Notes under the pieces: generated by a model
The model's database searches: none
Seen by the model: only the letters and a program-made list of their open reading frames with translations
What the model was told of the DNA's origin: nothing
Translations under genes and position numbers: made by a program
Part shown: positions 9,565 to 16,510 of the stretch, one piece after another
Position numbering within the stretch: position 1 is the stretch's first letter
Layout of the letters: each line of letters opens with the position of its first letter
NCBI GenBank assembly: GCA_028279805.1
Contig: JANQMZ010000007.1
Span: forward strand, 810,001 to 842,000
Source of the DNA: an archaeon
GTDB lineage: Archaea > Iainarchaeota > Iainarchaeia > Iainarchaeales > JANQMZ01
Length of the DNA: 32,000 bases
Direction: 5' to 3'

Positions 9565-9603
9565 AATTAGAAAAATAAAAAAAAAGAAAGAAAAACAGCG
9601 ACT

Positions 9604-9780
9604 TTAACAGTCGCATGCTTTGATTGTTTTTCTTCCGTTTTCCTGTGCTCTTTGAGCAGCTCTTGTAATTGCGTCTGAAACTGTTGAGCTCAGAGCATCA
9701 TATGCTTGTGCTGAAAATCTTAAACCCTGACTTGCAGCAAGTTCTTTTACTTTTGATTTTACGACCAATGTTTCTGCCAT
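9604..9780 (-). CDS. Small histone-fold protein with truncated alpha3 (DUF1931 / short-histone-like)
   Basis: At 58 aa it is below the track cutoff. My translation is MAETLVVKSKVKELAASQGLRFSAQAYDALSSTVSDAITRAAQRAQENGRKTIKACDC. The alpha1-L1-alpha2-L2 layout and the GRKTIKA motif match the archaeal histone L2/alpha3 junction. A perfect AGGAGG Shine-Dalgarno (complement of 9788-9793) lies 7 nt upstream of the ATG. Confidence 0.6.
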   Translation of the reverse strand: MAETLVVKSKVKELAASQGLRFSAQAYDALSSTVSDAITRAAQRAQENGRKTIKACDC

Positions 9781-9946
9781 AAAACTACCTCCTTTGCGTG
9801 TTTTACCACGATTTAATTATGCTGGGGCACCAAAACCTATTTAAAACCATGCCCTAAAACCCCCTTTAAACAGTGAAAAAGGGGCAAAAGAAGCCCTAAA
9901 ATTTAAACAAAACTAGAGCATCAATTAAAGCAAAAATTTAGCGTTT

Positions 9947-10936
9947 TTATAACAAGCCAATCAATTCTTCAGTAACCTGTTTTGTTGTTGCATTGCCTTG
10001 TAAATCTTTTGGCAAATTTTTTCCATTTTTTAAAAAAGTTTGAACCGCATTATTAATCTGCATAGCTTTTTCTTTTTCATTCAAATGTTCTAACATCATT
10101 TTTGCAGCCAAAATACAGGCAATGGGATTTGCAATTTCTTTTCCTGCAATATCCGGTGCGGAACCATGCACCGGCTCAAAAACAGAATTATTTAACCCAA
10201 TATTTCCCGATGCAGCCAATCCAATGCTTCCGGCTAATTCTACAGCTTCATCTGATAATATGTCTCCGAACAAATTTGTTGTAACAATAACTTTGAATTT
10301 TTCAGGATTTTTAATTAAATTCATTGCCATTGCATCAACAAAAAATTCTTCCACATTTAAACCAAGTTCTTTTCCCAAATCAAAAGCAATCTTCCTGAAT
10401 AACCCGTCAGATTTTCTTAAAATGTTTGCTTTTGTAACAATTGTTATTTTTTTTTCTCCGAGTTTTTTTGCCAAATCAAAACCAAATCTTAAAATGCGTT
10501 CAGAACCCTTTTTTGAAACGATTCGTGTTGCCTCAACCCTATCCTCAAATTCTTTTTCAATCCCCACATACATTCCTTCAGTATTTTCCCTTACAATAAA
10601 CAAATCCATTTCTTTTACAAAATCTGTGCCGGGATAAGATTTTGCAGGTCTTAAATTTGCAAACAAATCAAGTTCCTGCCTTAAGGAAACAATTGCACTT
10701 TTATAATTTTTAATTTCCGGAGGCGTGGTAACCGCTCCAAACAAACAGGAATCAGAATTCTTAACAGCATCAATAGTTTTTTTTGGCAAAGGCGTTCCGT
10801 GTTTTTTAAAACATTCATAACCAGCCTCAGCTTCAACAAAATCAGCCTTAAAATTAACTGAATCCAAAACCTGCAAAGCAGAGTCCATAACTTCAGGACC
10901 AATGCCATCTCCTTTAATTATTGCAATTTTATGCAT
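9947..10936 (-). CDS. leuB: 3-isopropylmalate / homoisocitrate dehydrogenase (beta-decarboxylating dehydrogenase family)
   Basis: The 329-aa ORF has IAIIKGDGIGPEV at the N-terminus, NLFGDILSDEA, and GSAPDIAGK. It is the last gene of the operon. Substrate (IPM or homoisocitrate) cannot be decided by eye. Confidence 0.85.
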   Translation of the reverse strand: MHKIAIIKGDGIGPEVMDSALQVLDSVNFKADFVEAEAGYECFKKHGTPLPKKTIDAVKNSDSCLFGAVTTPPEIKNYKSAIVSLRQELDLFANLRPAKSYPGTDFVKEMDLFIVRENTEGMYVGIEKEFEDRVEATRIVSKKGSERILRFGFDLAKKLGEKKITIVTKANILRKSDGLFRKIAFDLGKELGLNVEEFFVDAMAMNLIKNPEKFKVIVTTNLFGDILSDEAVELAGSIGLAASGNIGLNNSVFEPVHGSAPDIAGKEIANPIACILAAKMMLEHLNEKEKAMQINNAVQTFLKNGKNLPKDLQGNATTKQVTEELIGLL

Positions 10937-11417
10937 TGAATTTCCTCTTATTCAAATAATTAATTATTCCGCCTTCATTAAAAATTTCCAGTAAAAATTC
11001 TGGCAAAGGCTCTGATGAAAACTCTTTTCCTGTTGTTTTGTTTTTAATCAAACCTTTTTCCAAGTCAACTTCCACATCATCTTTATCATTAATGCCATCA
11101 ACAGCTTCTTTGCTTATTAATACAGGCAATCCGATGTTTATTGCATTCCTGTAAAAAATTCTTGCAATTGATTTTGCAATAACACATTTTATTCCCGAAG
11201 CTTTAATTGCTATCGGAGCCGTTTCCCTGCTTGAACCTGAACCAAAATTTTCATCAGCAACAATTACATCATTTTCTTTAACCTGTTTTGCAAACTCCGG
11301 CTTGAATTCAATAAAACAAATTCTTGCCAATTCCTTTTTATCAGTTGTTAAATTATAACGCCCAGGAGTAATCAAATCAGTGTTAATGTCTGAACCAAAT
11401 TTCCAGGTTTTGCCCAT
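10929..11417 (-). CDS. leuD: 3-isopropylmalate dehydratase / homoaconitase small subunit
   Basis: The sequence GKTWKFGSDINTDLITPG and GSGSSRE are typical of LeuD-type small subunits. I prefer the ATG at 11415-11417, which has GGAGGG 7 nt upstream and makes a TAATG overlap with the leuC stop. The track start is 11432. Confidence 0.85.
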   Translation of the reverse strand: MGKTWKFGSDINTDLITPGRYNLTTDKKELARICFIEFKPEFAKQVKENDVIVADENFGSGSSRETAPIAIKASGIKCVIAKSIARIFYRNAINIGLPVLISKEAVDGINDKDDVEVDLEKGLIKNKTTGKEFSSEPLPEFLLEIFNEGGIINYLNKRKFNA

Positions 11418-12661
11418 TATTTTTCCCTCCATTCAAGTTTTCCGCTTAAAGCAGTTAAAGCAGCAACATACGGGCTAACCAGATAAATTTCAGATTTTGG
11501 TGAACCCATTCTCCCCATATAATTCCTGTTCATTGTTGAAACACAAACATCGTTATCAGCTAAAATTCCCTGGTTTCTGCCCAGACAAGGACCACAACTT
11601 GTATTCCCAATAACTGCTCCTGCCTGAGCCAAATCATTAATGATGCCTTCCTTTGTTGCCTGTTTTAAAACTTCCTGTGAAGCAGGCGTTACAATAAAAC
11701 GCATTCCTTCCTTGACATGTTTTCCCCTGACTATATCGGCAGCAATTCTCAAATCCTCTATCCTGCCATTGGTGCAGGTGCCAATAAAAACCTGGTCAAC
11801 TTTTGGCACGTTAACCTCACTAATATTTTTAACATTTGCAACATCCGGAGGCACCGCAACAACAGGCTCAATTTCATCAGCATTAATTTCCAGTGTTTCA
11901 ACAAATTCTGCGTCATCATCTGAAAAAATTTTCTCACCTTTAACTCCTGCCTTTTTTAAAAAATTTAAAGTTGTTTCATCGGCATTAATCAGACCTGTTT
12001 TTGCTCCTGCCTCAATTGCCATATTACTTAAAACAATTCTGTCAGACATGTCAAAATCTTTAATTGTCTGGCCATGAAATTCTAAAGCCCTGTAATTTGT
12101 TTTGATTTTTTTCTGTTTTAATTCTTTTATTATTGTTAACATTAAATCTTTGCTGAAAACCCCGGTCCTCAGCTTTCCGGTAACATTAACTTTAATTGTT
12201 TCCGGAACGCGAAACCAGTTTTGGCCTGTTGCCCAGCCAACAGCAATATCAGTTGAACCCATACCCGTGCCAAAACAACCGAATGCACCGTAAGTGCATG
12301 AATGGGAATCAGCCCCAATAACCACTTCGCCTGGCTTAATAAAGCCTTTTTCCGGCAGAATTTGATGGCAAATGCCTTGCCCATAAAACATTTCCACATT
12401 GTTTTTTTGCGCAAAATCAATTAACCTGCGGTGAATGTTTGCAACATTTTCGTTTGGGGCGGGAACTGCGTGATCAAAAACTATTACCATTTTATCTGAA
12501 TATAATTTTTTTGTATTCATTTTTTCAAAAGCTTCTATAGCCAAAGCCGTTGTGGAATCATGTGACATTATTCTGTCCAACTCAACATTTACAATTTCCC
12601 CGGGTTTAACCGGTTTGCCTGCTTTTTTTGAAAAAATTTTTTCACTAATTGTTTGACCCAT
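11417..12661 (-). CDS. leuC: 3-isopropylmalate dehydratase / homoaconitase large subunit (aconitase family)
   Basis: The 414-aa ORF has MSHDSTT, GADSHSCTYGA, GTCTNGR and SCGPCLG, which are the Fe-S cluster cysteine motifs of the aconitase family. Confidence 0.9.
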   Translation of the reverse strand: MGQTISEKIFSKKAGKPVKPGEIVNVELDRIMSHDSTTALAIEAFEKMNTKKLYSDKMVIVFDHAVPAPNENVANIHRRLIDFAQKNNVEMFYGQGICHQILPEKGFIKPGEVVIGADSHSCTYGAFGCFGTGMGSTDIAVGWATGQNWFRVPETIKVNVTGKLRTGVFSKDLMLTIIKELKQKKIKTNYRALEFHGQTIKDFDMSDRIVLSNMAIEAGAKTGLINADETTLNFLKKAGVKGEKIFSDDDAEFVETLEINADEIEPVVAVPPDVANVKNISEVNVPKVDQVFIGTCTNGRIEDLRIAADIVRGKHVKEGMRFIVTPASQEVLKQATKEGIINDLAQAGAVIGNTSCGPCLGRNQGILADNDVCVSTMNRNYMGRMGSPKSEIYLVSPYVAALTALSGKLEWREK

Positions 12662-14009
12662 TTAACTCACTCATAATAATTCTGGAATTTGTTTTTTTAA
12701 CCTTTTTTATTGAATTAATTTTATCAATCAAATTATCCAGTTCTGAAACATTTTTTGTTTTAACAAAAGCCAAAATGTCATAATTGCCTGCAACTTCCAA
12801 AACTTTTTCAACAAAAGGCATTGACAATAATTCTTTTGACAATTTTTTGCTCGAGCTTGTCTGATTACTTTTAATTGATATGACTGCCTTAATTTTTTTA
12901 CCGGATTTTATTTCACCTGAACCGTTTTCCACTAAAGTAATTATGTCAGCATCTTTAACCCAGCGTTTTTTTGACTCTTTTAATTTTTGAAACACTTCCA
13001 AAAACTTTTTTTCATCCAGTTTTACTCCCAGTTCATTTAATTTGTTTTCAAAAGCTTTTTTTCCCGCAAACTGGTCAACAACAATTGTTCTTTTTCTTGC
13101 AAATTTTTCAGGATTAATAACTTCATAACTTTCAGGATTTTTTAAAACAGCATTTGTATGCAAACCGGCTTTATGTGAAAAAGCATTCCTGCCAACAATC
13201 GGGGCGTTTCTTGCCAAACCCAGCCCTGAATATTTTCCAACCAATCTGCTTAACTCCGGCAAAACGCTGAAATTCCACCCGTTTTGAGCATTATAAAGCG
13301 TATCCAAAGAAACAGCCAATTCAGCCAAAGGCGTAATTCCCGCTCTCTCTCCCAAACCATTCACAGTAACATCTGCCAGTTTTGCTCCAGCTTCAAATGC
13401 AGCCAAGCAATTTGCTGTTGCCAGCCCAAAATCATTATGGCAATGCACATTCAATTCAATTTTTGATTTTTGTAAAATTTGTTCAACCAAAACTTTCATT
13501 TTTTCAGGAGTCATTGTTCCGACAGTATCAGCCAGACTAATCCTGTCAGCTTTGCTTTCCATTTCATTGCAAATTTTTACAAAATAATCCAACTTCGTCC
13601 TAGTCCCATCTTCCGGAGTAAACCTGATTTTTAATCCATGTGATTTTGCATATTCAACAGCTTCCAATCCTTTTTCCAAAACCTGTTCTTTTGTCAAATT
13701 GTATTTTGTTTTAATTCCGATGTCCGATGTGCTGATAAAAATTCCGACCCAGTCACAATTGCAATCTAATACTGCATCAACATCTTGTTTTAGAGCACGC
13801 GCGTGTCCAAGAATTTGTGCATTTAATTTTAATGAACTTAATTTTTTTACCGATTCTTTTAATTGTTTTGAAACAAATGGTTGCCCGGCCTCAATTACAT
13901 TCACGCCAAATTTATCAAGCAAAGTGGCAATTTCAATTTTTTGTTTCTGGCTGAACAAAACTCCTCTAGTCAGTTCTCCCTCTCTTAAAGTTGAATCTAA
14001 TAATTCCAT
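12645..14009 (-). CDS. Homocitrate / 2-isopropylmalate / citramalate synthase family enzyme with a C-terminal RAM (Lrp/AsnC ligand-binding-like) domain
   Basis: The DRE-TIM core has LDSTLREGE, HCHNDFGLATAN and GLGERAGI. The last 80 aa or so (IKAVISIKSN...VEKVLEVAGNYDILAFVKTKNVSELDNLIDKINSIKKVKKTNSRII) replace the usual LeuA regulatory domain and look like a RAM/ACT-type module. Confidence 0.85.
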   Translation of the reverse strand: MELLDSTLREGELTRGVLFSQKQKIEIATLLDKFGVNVIEAGQPFVSKQLKESVKKLSSLKLNAQILGHARALKQDVDAVLDCNCDWVGIFISTSDIGIKTKYNLTKEQVLEKGLEAVEYAKSHGLKIRFTPEDGTRTKLDYFVKICNEMESKADRISLADTVGTMTPEKMKVLVEQILQKSKIELNVHCHNDFGLATANCLAAFEAGAKLADVTVNGLGERAGITPLAELAVSLDTLYNAQNGWNFSVLPELSRLVGKYSGLGLARNAPIVGRNAFSHKAGLHTNAVLKNPESYEVINPEKFARKRTIVVDQFAGKKAFENKLNELGVKLDEKKFLEVFQKLKESKKRWVKDADIITLVENGSGEIKSGKKIKAVISIKSNQTSSSKKLSKELLSMPFVEKVLEVAGNYDILAFVKTKNVSELDNLIDKINSIKKVKKTNSRIIMSELNGSNN

Positions 14010-14254
14010 TATTTTTCACCTAATATTACTAATGATTCAACGTTTTTGACATCATCTATTGCTGAAACATTGTCAACAAAATTGTTGAAATGTTCTGTGT
14101 TCAAAAAACTGCCAATTAAAACTATATCCGTTTTTCCTGAAACTTCAAACACTTTTTGTGTTTCTTTAAATTCTTTCAGTCTTTCAACAACTGTTGCTGT
14201 GTTTTTGTTGCTTTCCACATCAATGTGTAAAAACGCTTCAATTTTCCCGCTCAT
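14009..14254 (-). CDS. Stand-alone RAM-domain (Lrp/AsnC C-terminal ligand-binding-like) protein
   Basis: The 81-aa sequence IEAFLHIDVES...VVERLKEFKETQKVFEVSGKTDIVLIGSFLNTEHFNNFVDNVSAIDDVKNVESLVIL fits the beta-alpha-beta-beta-alpha-beta RAM pattern. Its stop overlaps the start of the synthase gene by 1 nt. Confidence 0.6.
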   Translation of the reverse strand: MSGKIEAFLHIDVESNKNTATVVERLKEFKETQKVFEVSGKTDIVLIGSFLNTEHFNNFVDNVSAIDDVKNVESLVILGEK

Positions 14255-14296
14255 ATACTATAATCCCAGAAAAAGCTTTAAAAAACAAAATTAAAC

Positions 14297-14367
14297 GCGA
14301 CTTCAGACCGCCCATCAATCTTCATCCTCTTGCGAGTCAGTTTCATCGTCAGGTCATCAAAAGCCGC
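14297..14367 (-). ncRNA. Candidate C/D-box sRNA (2'-O-methylation guide)
   Basis: The minus strand reads GCGGCU-UU-UGAUGA(C)-13 nt-CUGA(D')-CUCGCAAG-AGGAUGA(C'-like)-15 nt-CUGA(D)-AGUCGC. The 5' GCGGCU and 3' AGUCGC form a 6-bp terminal stem with one G-U pair. It lies in an otherwise unexplained 150-nt intergenic gap. The spacer lengths of 13 and 15 nt are longer than the canonical 12 or so, which lowers confidence. Confidence 0.35.
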
Positions 14368-14404
14368 AATAATATTATTGCAGTAAAACTATTTAAAAGC
14401 AGGA

Positions 14405-14599
14405 TTAAGCTCTTCTTCTTTGTCTTTTTGCTCCGGGTGGCTTGTTTCCGCTCCAGCCGGTTACAACATTTCCTGTCAAATGCTTTGATGTAATAAAATT
14501 AATTCTTTCCCATGCGGTTGCAGGCCTGGTTCTTCCTTCTTCTACAACAAATAGCCGTGTTTTTCCGCCAACATTTTTTTCAACAAATTCTTTAACCAT
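14405..14599 (-). CDS. Hypothetical small basic protein with Arg-rich C-terminal tail
   Basis: The 64-aa ORF reads MVKEFVEKNVGGKTRLFVVEEGRTRPATAWERINFITSKHLTGNVVTGWSGNKPPGAKRQRRRA. It is relatively GC-rich and non-repetitive. I recognise no family. Confidence 0.35.
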   Translation of the reverse strand: MVKEFVEKNVGGKTRLFVVEEGRTRPATAWERINFITSKHLTGNVVTGWSGNKPPGAKRQRRRA

Positions 14600-14690
14600 A
14601 CTAAAATAGTTTGTTTGAATATTTTTAATCTTTTACCTGTTTTTAGCCAAAAAAAGCTTTTTTAAGCATTTAATGCTTTTTTTTTGTTGA

Positions 14691-14867
14691 ATGGCTTCAA
14701 ATGTTTCAAAAGAACTTTTAAACGTGTTAGCCTGTCCCAAATGCAAATCAGGTTTAAAGCATGATTCTGCTAAAAAAAGGCTTTTATGCAAGAAATGCTC
14801 AGTTTTTTATGAAATAAAACATGGAATTCCGCTTGCTTTGGAAGACAAAGCAAAAAAAATACCATAA
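14691..14867 (+). CDS. Trm112-like / UPF0434 small zinc-ribbon-like protein
   Basis: At 58 aa it is below the track cutoff. My translation is MASNVSKELLNVLACPKCKSGLKHDSAKKRLLCKKCSVFYEIKHGIPLALEDKAKKIP. The pattern LL..LACP.C...L......L.C..C...Y.I..GIP.L is characteristic of Trm112 family proteins. Confidence 0.65.
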   Translation: MASNVSKELLNVLACPKCKSGLKHDSAKKRLLCKKCSVFYEIKHGIPLALEDKAKKIP

Positions 14868-14967
14868 ATCGTTCAAATTTCACAACACTATGCCTTTAAA
14901 TTCCCTCTGTCACACTATTTACTTATAAAATTCTTATTCTTATGATTAAAATTTTGGGGGTTTTTTT

Positions 14968-15342
14968 ATGACTGCAAAAAAAACAGAAAAATCAGAGAAA
15001 GCATCAGATGATGCGGAAATGGATGAATCAAAGTTACCCTTTCCTCGTGCCACAATTGTTAACATGGTTAGAAAAAATTTGGATCAGAATAAACAAATCA
15101 AAGGCCGTGTTAAAGACGAAATGAACATTTGGCTTGGAAAACTTGTTGAAAAACTTTCCAAAAAAATGAATTCATATCCTTACACTTACGTTGACTACGG
15201 AATGTTTAAAGACGCAATAAGTGTTTATGAACAAATGGAAGAAATTGAGGATGAAAAAGAACGCATAATAAAATACTTAGACAAAATAAAAGCAGACTTG
15301 GAAATGTTAGAAAAAGAAGTTGACAAAAAATTCAAATTGTAA
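14968..15342 (+). CDS. Histone-fold-like protein with N-terminal charged tail and C-terminal coiled-coil extension
   Basis: The core of this 124-aa ORF is LPFPRATIVNMVRKNLDQNKQIKGRVKDEMNIWLGKLVEKLSKKMNSY...YVDYGMFKDAI. It aligns by eye with the histone/NF-Y-type alpha1-L1-alpha2-L2-alpha3 fold. It has a 22-aa acidic/basic N-terminal tail. The C-terminal heptad-like segment is EQMEEIEDEKERIIKYLDKIKADLEMLEKEVDKK. A GGGGG Shine-Dalgarno-like run lies upstream. Confidence 0.5.
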   Translation: MTAKKTEKSEKASDDAEMDESKLPFPRATIVNMVRKNLDQNKQIKGRVKDEMNIWLGKLVEKLSKKMNSYPYTYVDYGMFKDAISVYEQMEEIEDEKERIIKYLDKIKADLEMLEKEVDKKFKL

Positions 15343-15382
15343 AATCAACTTTTTTTTCTCTTCTTTTAATGTGATATTTGTT

Positions 15383-16498
15383 TTACTTATTCAAATGAAC
15401 TATTCTTTCAATTTTAATTCCCTCTTGTTTGGAATTATTTAAAACTTTTTTGGAAACAGGAATTTTGTCAGTCATCATACCACTCACTTTAAAACCGCAG
15501 TCTTTTGCAAGACTACAAAACAGTTTTCCCATATTAATTATTTGTGGACCAGTCACTCTCTTATTTTTAACATCTCCCACAACAACAAATGCATTTCCTC
15601 CGGGTTTCATTACTCTTTTTAATTCAACTAAAGTTTCTTTCATAAATTGCGAATAAACATTTAAAGAACCCGACTCCATTAGTTTTGATTTAACTTCTTT
15701 GTAATCATATCCCAAGAACCAATGCCGAAGCCAATTATCATAAGCATATGTTTGTATATTGAGGTATGGGGGAGAAAAAAACGCCAAATCAACTGTGCAA
15801 TCTTTTAATGAAATATCTCTTGAATCGCTATTTAAAGCACGTCCTTTATATTTTAAGTTGTTGTTAATTAATAGCTCTTCTCCTCTTTGCTTAAGTGCTT
15901 CAATAATATCTCTTCTTGGTCTTTTTAATCCATGCTTTTTTGCATATTTTTTGACATAGGTTGGAGACATAGAATAGGAATGGGAACAACGAAGCGAAAA
16001 GCTTTTTTGTGAATTTCCGTGTAAAAGCCCCAACGCAACCCCTTTTATAAAATTAGCTGATTTTGAGTTGTCTTCCTTTAAAATAGTCTTTAGTTCAATT
16101 AGTCTTTTCAAAGTGGTGGGATTGTAAAAAACTTTTACTTTGGGATCCACATTTTTTATTGATTTTATATAGCCCATTTTGTTTTCAATCTGGGTTAATT
16201 TTTTTTTATAGCTTGACAATTTTATGGGGTTCAATTTAGCATATGTTAAAATATGGGCTTCCGGAGAAACATCATTGCCTATAGATTTTCTATCAAGTAA
16301 TGCTGCTTCTAAGGGCGCAGTTCCCTTTCCCGAAAAAATATCCAGGAAAACATCTCCCTTATTTGAATATTTTTCTATAAAATATCTTGGCATGAGAGGC
16401 GGGAAAGAGCATATTCTAGAACACATTTTGTGTAAAGGATTTATGTCTCTCTTCTTCGATTTCCAGAAACTATTTTCTTCAAGTTTTATATCATACAT
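15383..16498 (-). CDS. DNA methyltransferase (N6-adenine or N4-cytosine class); last gene of the candidate defence operon
   Basis: The 371-aa ORF has the SAM-binding motif I region FPPLMPRYFIEKYSNKGDVFLDIFSGKGTAPLEAALLDRKSIGNDVSPEA at aa 32-81 (the glycine motif FSGKGT is aa 55-60). The catalytic motif IV SPPY is at aa 242-245 (DLAFFSPPYLNIQTY). Motif I therefore precedes motif IV, separated by about 180 aa that could be a target-recognition region. Confidence 0.8.
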   Translation of the reverse strand: MYDIKLEENSFWKSKKRDINPLHKMCSRICSFPPLMPRYFIEKYSNKGDVFLDIFSGKGTAPLEAALLDRKSIGNDVSPEAHILTYAKLNPIKLSSYKKKLTQIENKMGYIKSIKNVDPKVKVFYNPTTLKRLIELKTILKEDNSKSANFIKGVALGLLHGNSQKSFSLRCSHSYSMSPTYVKKYAKKHGLKRPRRDIIEALKQRGEELLINNNLKYKGRALNSDSRDISLKDCTVDLAFFSPPYLNIQTYAYDNWLRHWFLGYDYKEVKSKLMESGSLNVYSQFMKETLVELKRVMKPGGNAFVVVGDVKNKRVTGPQIINMGKLFCSLAKDCGFKVSGMMTDKIPVSKKVLNNSKQEGIKIERIVHLNK

Positions 16499-16510
16499 TT
16501 TTTCGCCACT

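Noticed and set aside
10122-10637. Long antisense ORFs inside leuB (10122-10637), leuC (11640-12077), thermosome (22102-22632) and the kinase-like gene (23058-23483).
   Set aside because: Each lies fully inside a gene with clear family motifs, has no motifs of its own, and shows the Ser/Phe/Leu-rich composition typical of shadow ORFs in AT-rich DNA.
14194-14493. A 99-aa plus-strand ORF spanning the intergenic gap.
   Set aside because: It overlaps the RAM-protein gene, the candidate sRNA and the small basic ORF. It has no motifs and a hydrophobic, low-complexity sequence.
14600-14690. The palindrome AAGCATT-T-AATGCTT followed by a T-run, between the divergent small genes.
   Set aside because: With a 1-nt loop it cannot form a realistic RNA hairpin. 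It may be a protein-binding palindrome, but a single 7-bp half-site pair in AT-rich DNA is weak evidence.
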